This document shows positions 37,178-45,235 of a stretch of 64,000 nt of DNA, piece after piece. The notes under the pieces are model-generated. The model saw only the letters and a list, made by a program, of their open reading frames with translations, was not told the DNA's origin and searched no databases. Both the position numbers and the translations under genes were made by a program. The DNA comes from Synechococcus sp. AG-679-C18 (GTDB lineage Bacteria; Cyanobacteriota; Cyanobacteriia; PCC-6307; Cyanobiaceae). The first letter of the stretch is position 1; each line of letters begins with the position of its first letter. Where the stretch lies: NCBI GenBank assembly GCA_003210755.1, contig QCUL01000013.1:196-64195 (forward strand), read 5' to 3'.

Positions 37178-37610
37178 CTTTCAGGCGGGGGCACGGGATA
37201 ACACGGTGGATCACGCTGCTGATGCTCCGGTTGCTGCCTACAGAGCATCATCTCTTGAAGACCATCAACCCAGTGGCATGGAACCTGTCCTGGGTGGTTC
37301 CTTGGCAGACAAAGCTGTTTGGGTTGATGAAGCTGTTTGTATCGGTTGCCGTTATTGCGCTCATGTTGCATGCAACACATTCATTATTGAGCCTCATTTG
37401 GGCCGCTCCCGTGCCATTCGTCAGGACGGAGACAGCCCTGAACTGATTCAAGAGGCCATCGAAACCTGTCCTGTGGATTGCATTCATTGGGTCGCGTTTG
37501 ATGACCTCAATGGATTGCGAGACCAACTTGACTCACAAGAGCTTTTCCCTCTTGGCGTGCCTTCGCCAGCCCGTCCGCGGCGAATTCTGCCTCGGCGGCA
37601 TCAGGTCTGA
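37170..37610 (+). CDS. 4Fe-4S ferredoxin-domain protein
   Basis: CIGCRYCAHVAC...CPVDCIHWV cluster motifs. The likely start MPDFQ at 37170 overlaps the previous gene by 8 nt. The maximal ORF starts at 37107. Confidence 0.7.
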   Translation: MPDFQAGARDNTVDHAADAPVAAYRASSLEDHQPSGMEPVLGGSLADKAVWVDEAVCIGCRYCAHVACNTFIIEPHLGRSRAIRQDGDSPELIQEAIETCPVDCIHWVAFDDLNGLRDQLDSQELFPLGVPSPARPRRILPRRHQV

Positions 37611-37616
37611 TTTGCG

Positions 37617-38834
37617 ATGAAAAGTACGGCTCTCTCGGCTTTGCCTACTCGTCGTTTTGGACGAACGGAGCTTGCTATGCCTGTCCTCTCGCTTGGAGGC
37701 ATGAGATTTCAGCAAAGTTGGTCGGATCTCAAGGAAAGTGAGATTACTAATGCGGCTCAGCGAACTGTTCAGGAAACTCTCGATCGTGCGGTCGAGCTCG
37801 GGTTTCACCACTTAGAGACAGCCCGTCACTACGGGAGCTCGGAACGGCAATTGGGTTGGGCCCTTCCACAATTCCCTGATCCGGATCGCATCCTTCAAAC
37901 CAAAGTCCCGCCTAGAGAGGATCCAGCTGTTTTTGAAGCCGAGCTCGAACTCAGCCTGGAGCGTCTCAATGTCCAGCGAGTTGAGTTGCTAGCCATCCAC
38001 GGAATCAACAGGATGGACCAACTTGACCAAACCCTTCGATCAGGTGGCTGCATGGAGGTGGTGCGCCGCTGGCAGCGACAGGGTCGAATCGATCATGTGG
38101 GCTTCTCCACCCATGGAGATACCAGCGTTATAGAAGCCGCCATTCATTCCGACGCCTTTGATTACGTCAACCTTCACTGGTACTACATCCGGCAAGACAA
38201 CGAACCAGCCATTGCTTCTGCCCAACGGCATGACATGGGGGTGTTCATCATCAGTCCCACCGATAAAGGTGGGCATCTGCATACGCCCTCGCTGCTGTTA
38301 CAGCAGCTCTGCGCCCCCCTTCATCCAATTGTTTTTAACGATCTGTTTTGTTTGCGTGATCTTCGGGTGCACACCATCAGCGTTGGTGCATCTAAGCCAG
38401 GAGATCTCGATCTTCACCTTGAGGCAGCACAGCAGCTGGATTCTGCCGAGACTTTGATCGCTCCAATTGAAGATCGGTTGCGTGATCAAGCACTACAAGT
38501 TCTTGGCGAGCCCTGGCTTATGTCTTGGCGCGAAGGGTTGCCACACTGGAAAGACACTCCAGGAGGCATCAACCTTCCTGTGTTGCTATGGCTTCACAAC
38601 ATGCTTGAAGCCTGGGATTTGGAGAGTTATGCCCGTGCCCGTTACGGACTCCTTGGGCATGCTGGGGACTGGCACCCTGGCTTCAATGCCGATGCCCTGG
38701 ATCTTGAGGTCAGTGAGAGTGATCTTCGAGCTGTTTTGCACCAAAGCCCCTGGGCTGAAAAGATCCCAGGCTTGCTCCGTGGATTGAGAGAACGGGTTGG
38801 TGGCTTTTCTCAGAGACGCTCATCTTCTGCCTAA
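37617..38834 (+). CDS. aldo/keto reductase family oxidoreductase
   Basis: 405 aa. ...LSLGGMRF...[14 protein letters not shown]...GFSTHG... pattern. Confidence 0.75.
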   Translation: MKSTALSALPTRRFGRTELAMPVLSLGGMRFQQSWSDLKESEITNAAQRTVQETLDRAVELGFHHLETARHYGSSERQLGWALPQFPDPDRILQTKVPPREDPAVFEAELELSLERLNVQRVELLAIHGINRMDQLDQTLRSGGCMEVVRRWQRQGRIDHVGFSTHGDTSVIEAAIHSDAFDYVNLHWYYIRQDNEPAIASAQRHDMGVFIISPTDKGGHLHTPSLLLQQLCAPLHPIVFNDLFCLRDLRVHTISVGASKPGDLDLHLEAAQQLDSAETLIAPIEDRLRDQALQVLGEPWLMSWREGLPHWKDTPGGINLPVLLWLHNMLEAWDLESYARARYGLLGHAGDWHPGFNADALDLEVSESDLRAVLHQSPWAEKIPGLLRGLRERVGGFSQRRSSSA

Positions 38835-39574
38835 GCCCCTAACGGAAGTCGGCTTGGTAGACCAACAGAGCGGGGATAGCTCTTTGGACATGGCCCTAAT
38901 GGTTTGATTCGAACGAGTGTGCGAACACCGCGCCCAGCAGGCAGGTTGACTTGTTTGCAATTCACAAGCTTTGCTTTGAGAGGGACCAACGCTCTCTTGA
39001 GGTTTGCTTCATCCTCGACACTCCAGTGACCACGATAGAGAAGTGCTTGCCCTTGAAGGGTCAAAAGTGGGACGAGGTACTCCGCTACTACTGGGGAAGT
39101 TGCCACAGCTCTCGCCAGGGCAAGATCGAACTGTCCGCGACAACCCCTCTTTTGACCAGTCAGCTCAACCCGTTCGGTGCGGACTTCCACGCGATTTTCG
39201 AGACCAAGAGATTGGGCCATAGCAGCTACTGCAGCGGTTTTGCGACCAACTGAATCGACAAGCGTCAGTGTGGTCCCTGGAAGGGCAATTGCTACGGCCA
39301 GGCCAGGGAACCCTCCTCCAGTTCCCACATCGATGCAGCGGCGTGGCAAGTCGGGGTTGCGCAGCTCATTTTCAAGAGGCCAGAGGCTATCAAAGACCTG
39401 GGTGATCCAGAAGTCTTCGCTCTCCACCAAACGTGTGAGATTGACTCTGCTGTTCCAATGGCGCAGCAGGGCTTGAAGTTTTTTAAATTGAGCTATCTGA
39501 ATGTCTTTGGGCTGCCAACCTAGGCACTGCCATAGGTCAGGACCAGCCTCATAGAAGGTATTTACTTCTGGCAT
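38831..39574 (-). CDS. rsmG: 16S rRNA (guanine527-N7)-methyltransferase RsmG
   Basis: 247 aa. NLTRL..., [18 protein letters not shown]-binding motif. Confidence 0.85.
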   Translation of the reverse strand: MPEVNTFYEAGPDLWQCLGWQPKDIQIAQFKKLQALLRHWNSRVNLTRLVESEDFWITQVFDSLWPLENELRNPDLPRRCIDVGTGGGFPGLAVAIALPGTTLTLVDSVGRKTAAVAAMAQSLGLENRVEVRTERVELTGQKRGCRGQFDLALARAVATSPVVAEYLVPLLTLQGQALLYRGHWSVEDEANLKRALVPLKAKLVNCKQVNLPAGRGVRTLVRIKPLGPCPKSYPRSVGLPSRLPLGA

Positions 39575-39636
39575 GGCTGCCAGGACAGCGACTCTTTCTA
39601 GAATGCACTCTCATGATCTGCCAAAAGAAGGACGTC

Positions 39637-40167
39637 ATGAAGGCCTCGACTCACTACGAACGGCTGGGAGTGAGCCATGGAGTCGATGCCGATACCTTGC
39701 GTCGGGCGTTTCGGCGTTTAAGCAAATCGGTTCATCCAGATACGACCATGCTGCCTGCAGAGGAAGCAGCTCGTCAGTTCCAACTGTTGAGAGAGGCCTA
39801 TGACCAGCTCGCAGATCCTCATTTGCGTCAGATTTATGACGCTCAGTTGATCCAGCAGGATCAACTGTGGCAACAGCAGCACGCACCTCTGCCTTCGTAT
39901 CCGGTGTCTTCTGCAACGGCAATTGGTGAGCGACGACCTCTTTCTGGAGGCGAGTGGTTAGCGCTTCTGATGTTGGTTGGGGCTTTGTTTTTATGCTTAT
40001 CACTTGGTGTTGGTGTGGCCTGGAGCAGGGGAATGGCGCTTCAGGTTCAGCCCAGTTGGTTGGTGGCCGAGCAGACTACTGAGGAGACGTTGACTCGTGG
40101 AGCCCTTGATGGTGTCGATGCCTCCAGCGGAAACTCCTTTGAATCAGCATTCACTCCAGGCACTTGA
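39637..40167 (+). CDS. J-domain (DnaJ-like) membrane protein
   Basis: THYERLGVSHGVDADTLRRAFRRLSKSVHPDT (HPD motif) followed by one TM helix. Start taken at MKAST. Confidence 0.75.
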   Translation: MKASTHYERLGVSHGVDADTLRRAFRRLSKSVHPDTTMLPAEEAARQFQLLREAYDQLADPHLRQIYDAQLIQQDQLWQQQHAPLPSYPVSSATAIGERRPLSGGEWLALLMLVGALFLCLSLGVGVAWSRGMALQVQPSWLVAEQTTEETLTRGALDGVDASSGNSFESAFTPGT

Positions 40168-40375
40168 GCATTGGCTCGAGGAGCTTGGAGCACGGCGGTT
40201 GGAAGATGACCCTTGTTGTTGGTCTTGGCAGGAAACGAGATGGACTGCCGAAATTCGTCTGCTGCAGACAGATCTAGCCGTCATTTGGAGCCCGAAAGAA
40301 GCACCTCGTCCTTGCGTATTTCCCTACGGACTTTCACGTGCTGATGTGGAGGCTGCCCTGCGTCTGGGCCCATGA
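40118..40375 (+). CDS. conserved cyanobacterial small protein (DUF3143-like by recollection)
   Basis: MPPAETPLNQHSLQALEHWLEELGA... The ORF starts at 40097 (GTG) and overlaps the J-domain gene end in another frame. Confidence 0.5.
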   Translation: MPPAETPLNQHSLQALEHWLEELGARRLEDDPCCWSWQETRWTAEIRLLQTDLAVIWSPKEAPRPCVFPYGLSRADVEAALRLGP

Positions 40376-40407
40376 GATTCAGCTCTGAGTGACTTGCTTG
40401 ATCGCTT

Positions 40408-41691
40408 TTATTGATCTTGCAAGAGATCGAGGGCTTCCTGGAGAACGGCATAGCAATGGCTCAATTGATCCTCGCTAATGCAAAGCGGTGGAAGTAAATA
40501 AACAACTTGACCGAGTGGTCGAATGAGTATTCCTCTGTCTCTAGCTAAGCGTCGTAACACTTTTCCCGCAGGGTTGAGATACCCCTCTTGGTCGCTAACG
40601 ACGAGATCAAAGGCTGCAATGGTCCCGATCACCCGAACATGCTTGATGCCTGGATGACTCGCCAAAAGCTCTAAGTGCGATCGATGTCTCGCTTCAAAAC
40701 CCAGGTATTTTTCAGGTTCTGCTTCGAGAAGGTCAAGACTGGCATTGGCTGCGGCGCACCCCAGCGGGTTAGCAGTGAAACTGTGGCCGTGCCAAAGCGT
40801 CAAGCTCGGCTCGGTGCCGACGAAGGCATCGAATACAGCACCGCTGGCCATGGTGATGCCCATGGGAAGGAAGCCAGCGGTCAATCCTTTTGACAGCGAG
40901 ACGAGATCAGGTTTGATTCCTGCCCTTTGTGTCGCCAAGAAATCACCGCAACGCCCGAAGCCTGTGAGTACTTCGTCGGCGATCAACAAGGTTCCAGCGT
41001 TTCGAACTCTTTTTTGCACTTCTTGAAGAAAGGCCGGACGCACCATGCTCATTCCACCGGCTCCCTGGACCAGTGGCTCGAGGATGACTGCGGCAGTTGG
41101 TGTCTCTAGGGCGGCCTCTAACTGGGTAAGTGCTGCTTGTTCACGCTGTTCGATGTGATCGTCGTCCCACCAAGTGGCCGGCCAAGGAACACGAGCAACT
41201 GGGAACAAAAGCGGGTCAAAAGGTTCGCTAAAGAGATTGCGAGCCCCTACAGCCATCGCACCAAACGTATCTCCGTGATAAGCGCCGTCGAAGGCAATGA
41301 TCTGTTGCCTTGGTTCTCCTTGGTTGTGCCACCACTGAATGGCGATTTTGAGAGCAACCTCGACGGCAGTTGAGCCATTATCTGAGAAAAAGACTCGATC
41401 TAATCCCGTTTTGGCAGCTAAACGATCGGCTAATCGTTCGGCTTGCGGATGCGTGAATTCTGCGAAAATGACTTGTTCAAGCGTATTGGCCTGCTCCGAG
41501 ATTGCTTCTGCGATATGGGGGTGAGCATGGCCATGCAGGGTGACCCACCAACTGCTGATCGCATCAATTAACGGTGGCCCTTCATCGCGGTAAAGCAACG
41601 CACCGTTTCCACGCAGCACCCTCTCCATTGGAGGACTCGTAGAGATTTGTGTGAACGGTGGCCAAAGGTGGGGGTGGTGGTTCTTAGACAC
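40408..41691 (-). CDS. bioA: adenosylmethionine-8-amino-7-oxononanoate aminotransferase
   Basis: 427 aa. Class-III aminotransferase with ADEVLTGFGRCG and SLSKGLTAG (PLP Lys). Lies in the bio operon. Confidence 0.9.
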   Translation of the reverse strand: MSKNHHPHLWPPFTQISTSPPMERVLRGNGALLYRDEGPPLIDAISSWWVTLHGHAHPHIAEAISEQANTLEQVIFAEFTHPQAERLADRLAAKTGLDRVFFSDNGSTAVEVALKIAIQWWHNQGEPRQQIIAFDGAYHGDTFGAMAVGARNLFSEPFDPLLFPVARVPWPATWWDDDHIEQREQAALTQLEAALETPTAAVILEPLVQGAGGMSMVRPAFLQEVQKRVRNAGTLLIADEVLTGFGRCGDFLATQRAGIKPDLVSLSKGLTAGFLPMGITMASGAVFDAFVGTEPSLTLWHGHSFTANPLGCAAANASLDLLEAEPEKYLGFEARHRSHLELLASHPGIKHVRVIGTIAAFDLVVSDQEGYLNPAGKVLRRLARDRGILIRPLGQVVYLLPPLCISEDQLSHCYAVLQEALDLLQDQ

Positions 41692-41730
41692 AACTCCGTT
41701 GCAGATGCCGATTAATGGGTTTTTGTGACA

Positions 41731-41886
41731 TCAGCGGCAGACTTCGCTTTTTTTCTCAGCTTCAGTTGAGAAAGGGCCACAGTTGACCCAGCGCACAATC
41801 CCAACTTCAACGTCAGTGAGCAAAACCAAAATTCCTGCGCAAAGGAGAGCAATGGCCACTGCGGCTCCGGTCTGACGACGGTTCAT
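41731..41886 (-). CDS. candidate 51-aa membrane protein inside the biotin operon
   Basis: Hand translation: MNRRQTGAAVAIALLCAGILVLLTDVEVGIVRWVNCGPFSTEAEKKSEVCR. Its ATG overlaps the bioD stop (ATGA). Ends 39 nt before the bioA start. Confidence 0.4.
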   Translation of the reverse strand: MNRRQTGAAVAIALLCAGILVLLTDVEVGIVRWVNCGPFSTEAEKKSEVCR

Positions 41887-42548
41887 CTCGAAGCCTGAAA
41901 ACGAATGATTTCGGTTTCGACCTTAGCTTTCACGTTCTGAACATGCCATTGCGAGGCAAGGGCAGCTGCATTGAGATGTTCAAGAGGTGGTAATTCGCAC
42001 AGCAAAGCAACATCGCCGAGTTGCTTCAGGGTGAGTGCATTGTCGGGATGATGTGGTCCATTGATGACCAGCCCAAGGCAGTGGATCGTTCTTCTCCGTA
42101 GTGCCTCCAAGCTGAGAAGCGTGTGGTTAAGAGTGCCTAATCCGCTACGGGCCACTAATACAACCGGAAGTCTCCACCGTTCCAACTGTTGGATCTGAAT
42201 CCAGTTACGTGTGAGTGGAACCATCAAGCCGCCGGCAGTCTCCACCACAAGTGGACCATCCACGGTTGGTAATTTGAGTTGATCAGGATCGATGCATTGT
42301 CCATCTTGTTCAGCAGCCCAGTGCGGTGAAACAGCAGCTGAGAAGGCATAGGCTTCCTTTCGCCATTTTTCTTTAGGCAGCTGAAGCAGGTCGATAACAC
42401 GTTGACGATCCCCACCGTTTTCAGTACCGCTTTGGACTGGTTTCCAGTAAGTGGCTCCCAATCCCTGAACAAACAGAGCGCTGACAATGGTCTTACCGAC
42501 ATCGGTGTCTGTTCCGCAAATGACGACCTGAGCGGAGGAAGTATTCAT
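41883..42548 (-). CDS. bioD: dethiobiotin synthetase
   Basis: 221 aa. GTDTDVGKT P-loop, ETAGG. Confidence 0.9.
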   Translation of the reverse strand: MNTSSAQVVICGTDTDVGKTIVSALFVQGLGATYWKPVQSGTENGGDRQRVIDLLQLPKEKWRKEAYAFSAAVSPHWAAEQDGQCIDPDQLKLPTVDGPLVVETAGGLMVPLTRNWIQIQQLERWRLPVVLVARSGLGTLNHTLLSLEALRRRTIHCLGLVINGPHHPDNALTLKQLGDVALLCELPPLEHLNAAALASQWHVQNVKAKVETEIIRFQASR

Positions 42549-43300
42549 CGCTCAATCATCAGTAGTTGGATCACCCAAGTCAATTTGATCCGACCTTCGG
42601 CACAGCGTGCAGGCCAGTCGGTGTTCAGCTGACGCCATTGCTTCACGCTGAGAGATGCACATGTGCTGGTCCCGGCGCCAATGGCTTTCATCGGTCCCAG
42701 GAGTGCTGTGATGTGGTTGGCTTGTTCGCTAAAACTCAGCTTTTCCTGTCGTCTGATCTGTTCGTTGGGTAATAAAGCAATCAAGTCTTTGGATGATGGG
42801 AAGTGCAGGGCCGAGCAGGGAACAGACGCTTGACTGGCCGCAGCGTGCCATTGAGGGAAGCAGCCTTCAATTGGTAGAGCAACGATTAACCAACCATTGG
42901 GAGCAAGCCGCTCGAACCAATGACGAAGTGTCGTTGCTGGATCAGATAACCAATGCAAACAGAAACTTGAGGCAATGAGAGTTGGTGGGTCTCGCCAAAC
43001 AGGTAAAGGCTGATTCAAATCCCAAAGCTGAGTTTGATCTTGACGTGTACAGCAGGCGAGCATGGATGGACTTCCATCGATGCGCTCCACGATCTTTCCA
43101 GGGTGTCGATGTTCGAGAGCATCGGCCAGAAGCCCGGTTCCACTCCCAAGATCCAGCCATCGGCCCGACGGGATTGGCAGACGCTGGCAGTGACCTGCTA
43201 TCCGCCAGGCCATGGCCTTTTGCAGACGGGCAGCACGGTTGTATTGGGTTGCTGAGCCATCAAAGCCGTCTAGAACCTTTGAGCCCCAGGTGTTGCTCAT
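42545..43300 (-). CDS. bioC: malonyl-ACP O-methyltransferase
   Basis: SAM-MT motif LDLGSGTGLLADAL. The start at the Met giving an ATGA overlap with the upstream stop is preferred over the ORF start at 43327. Confidence 0.75.
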   Translation of the reverse strand: MSNTWGSKVLDGFDGSATQYNRAARLQKAMAWRIAGHCQRLPIPSGRWLDLGSGTGLLADALEHRHPGKIVERIDGSPSMLACCTRQDQTQLWDLNQPLPVWRDPPTLIASSFCLHWLSDPATTLRHWFERLAPNGWLIVALPIEGCFPQWHAAASQASVPCSALHFPSSKDLIALLPNEQIRRQEKLSFSEQANHITALLGPMKAIGAGTSTCASLSVKQWRQLNTDWPARCAEGRIKLTWVIQLLMIER

Positions 43301-44022
43301 CGCTCTCCCTGCTCGTGATCCAGCCACCGCTGAACTCGGATTAGGAGATCTGGAACCAAAAGCGCGTGCCCGCTTTCGCGGATCAGCCAGTGTTCAGCCG
43401 GACACTTGAGTTTCGTCTCAAGTGCGGCGCGCAGCTCCTCTCTAGCGGCCGGAAGAACAATGGCGTCTTGACCTGCTTCCACCACGAGCACTCGAGTTGT
43501 TTCTTGAAGCCCTAGGGGTAACTCTGTACAGGCGATTAATCGATCTAAGTCGTCGCTTAATCGATGACGGCCGTCGGCAGAAAGTCCTTCATTGATGGGG
43601 CCATGCGAGAGGCCAACTGATGAGGAAGGTGATGCCGCCCGTGCCAAAAAATTGTTCAGCATCTCTGATTCTTCGCTGCTACCTAGGCAGCGGTGCATAC
43701 CGTTGAGGCCAATAGTGAGTGCTCGACCCTTAGGACCTTGAGGGACAAACCTTGAGAAACTCGCCAGTAAAACCAGATCGGTGGCTTGGGCCAACACGGC
43801 ATCTGGCAGCAGATGTGGTCCTAGGGAATGGCCAACGACCACGCGGCGTTGCTGTTCGAGTGGATCTTGATCGTCATGCCAGAAGGGGATGTGCACCTGG
43901 CACTTCCCATAACCACGTTCACCGCTCTGCCACGACCAGTTGTGATGTTTGAAGTGGCGGATCCAGGACACCCAGGCGTGGCTGTCGCCGCTCCACCCAT
44001 GCATGGCGATGACCTGTTTCAT
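43297..44022 (-). CDS. bioK: alpha/beta hydrolase, probable pimeloyl-ACP methyl ester esterase (BioK-type)
   Basis: 241 aa. GHSLG nucleophile elbow, late Asp and His (ESGHAL). Position between bioF and bioC matches what I recall for the cyanobacterial BioK. Confidence 0.6.
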   Translation of the reverse strand: MKQVIAMHGWSGDSHAWVSWIRHFKHHNWSWQSGERGYGKCQVHIPFWHDDQDPLEQQRRVVVGHSLGPHLLPDAVLAQATDLVLLASFSRFVPQGPKGRALTIGLNGMHRCLGSSEESEMLNNFLARAASPSSSVGLSHGPINEGLSADGRHRLSDDLDRLIACTELPLGLQETTRVLVVEAGQDAIVLPAAREELRAALETKLKCPAEHWLIRESGHALLVPDLLIRVQRWLDHEQGER

Positions 44023-44029
44023 CGTGATC

Positions 44030-45232
44030 TCAACTGATAGGAAGGGCGCTTAGCAATTGTTCCAATGTCCGATCAGGCATGATCCGACGCACCACTAGGC
44101 GCAGCCTGGCAGTCCCTTCAGGAACAGTGGGGGGGCGAATGGCCACGCTCAGCAGCCCTGCATTTTCGAGCTGCTGTTGGCGATCTAAGGCTGCTTGGTC
44201 GGTACCGATCACGAGAGGCAGAATCGGACCTGTACCACCTGGTCGCGCCCACCCAGCAGCAGCGAGAGCGGAACGCCAGTGCTGGCTTTTTGTGATGAGT
44301 TCCCCAGACCAATGCGGATGGCGTTGCATCAGTGTCAATGCGGTGAGAGCTGCTGCTGCAAGGGGAGGTGCCAAGGCCGTGGTGTATCGAAAGGCGCCAC
44401 TGGATTGGAGAAGGGTCTCTCCGAGTTCTGCACCGCAGGCAAGAAACGCCCCACCGCTGCCAAAGGCCTTCCCAAAAGTTCCACTAAGCAGGGTCACAGC
44501 ATTGCTTGGTAAGGCTTGGCAGAGCCCTCGCCCGCCCTCGCCCAGCACTCCAAGAGCATGGGCTTCATCCACAAGCAGTCGGGCACCATGACTGGCGCAG
44601 AGCTCTGCCATGGTGGCTAGGTCTGGGCTTGTGCCCTCCATGCTGAACAGGCTTTCTGTGATGACGAGTGGTTTGTGTCCCGGGTACAATTGATGACAGC
44701 GCTCCAGCTTGCGGTTCAGGTCTTTGAGGTCATTGTGAGAAAAGCGCTGAAGCCGCGCACCACTGGCTTGTACTCCGGTGAGCAAGGAGTAATGACAAAG
44801 CCGGTCAGCTAGCACGGGTACGTGGCGGTCGGCGAGAGCAAAAACGGCAGCAATATTGGCTTGAAAGCCGCTGGGGTAAAGAAGCACCCGATCTTGCTCC
44901 AGCCAGCTCGCTAATTGCGTCTCGAGTTGGTCATGCACGGGGCGGCTACCACTTATGAGCCTGGACCCACCGGCTCCAACGCCACTTCGGTTGATTTCTT
45001 CCTTCGCTGCCGCGATGAGCTCTGGGTGCTGAGCCAGATTGAGGTAGTCGTTGCTGGCTAAATCCACCAGAGAACGCTGCTTTTCATCTCCCTCAGGGGC
45101 CGAGTTGGCAGGGAGTAGACGCGTTCCATCTGGACTGGGCCTCCAGGTGCGTAGCTGACGGCGGCGGGCTTGAGACGGGCTGCACATGTTGGCCAGTTTG
45201 CTGCTCCCTGCTCGAGCCATCTCTAGGATCAA
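44030..45232 (-). CDS. bioF: 8-amino-7-oxononanoate synthase
   Basis: 400-aa ORF. LASNDYLNL, DEAHALG, SGTFGKAFG (PLP Lys). The true start is probably an internal Met. Confidence 0.9.
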   Translation of the reverse strand: MILEMARAGSSKLANMCSPSQARRRQLRTWRPSPDGTRLLPANSAPEGDEKQRSLVDLASNDYLNLAQHPELIAAAKEEINRSGVGAGGSRLISGSRPVHDQLETQLASWLEQDRVLLYPSGFQANIAAVFALADRHVPVLADRLCHYSLLTGVQASGARLQRFSHNDLKDLNRKLERCHQLYPGHKPLVITESLFSMEGTSPDLATMAELCASHGARLLVDEAHALGVLGEGGRGLCQALPSNAVTLLSGTFGKAFGSGGAFLACGAELGETLLQSSGAFRYTTALAPPLAAAALTALTLMQRHPHWSGELITKSQHWRSALAAAGWARPGGTGPILPLVIGTDQAALDRQQQLENAGLLSVAIRPPTVPEGTARLRLVVRRIMPDRTLEQLLSALPIS

Positions 45233-45235
45233 ACC

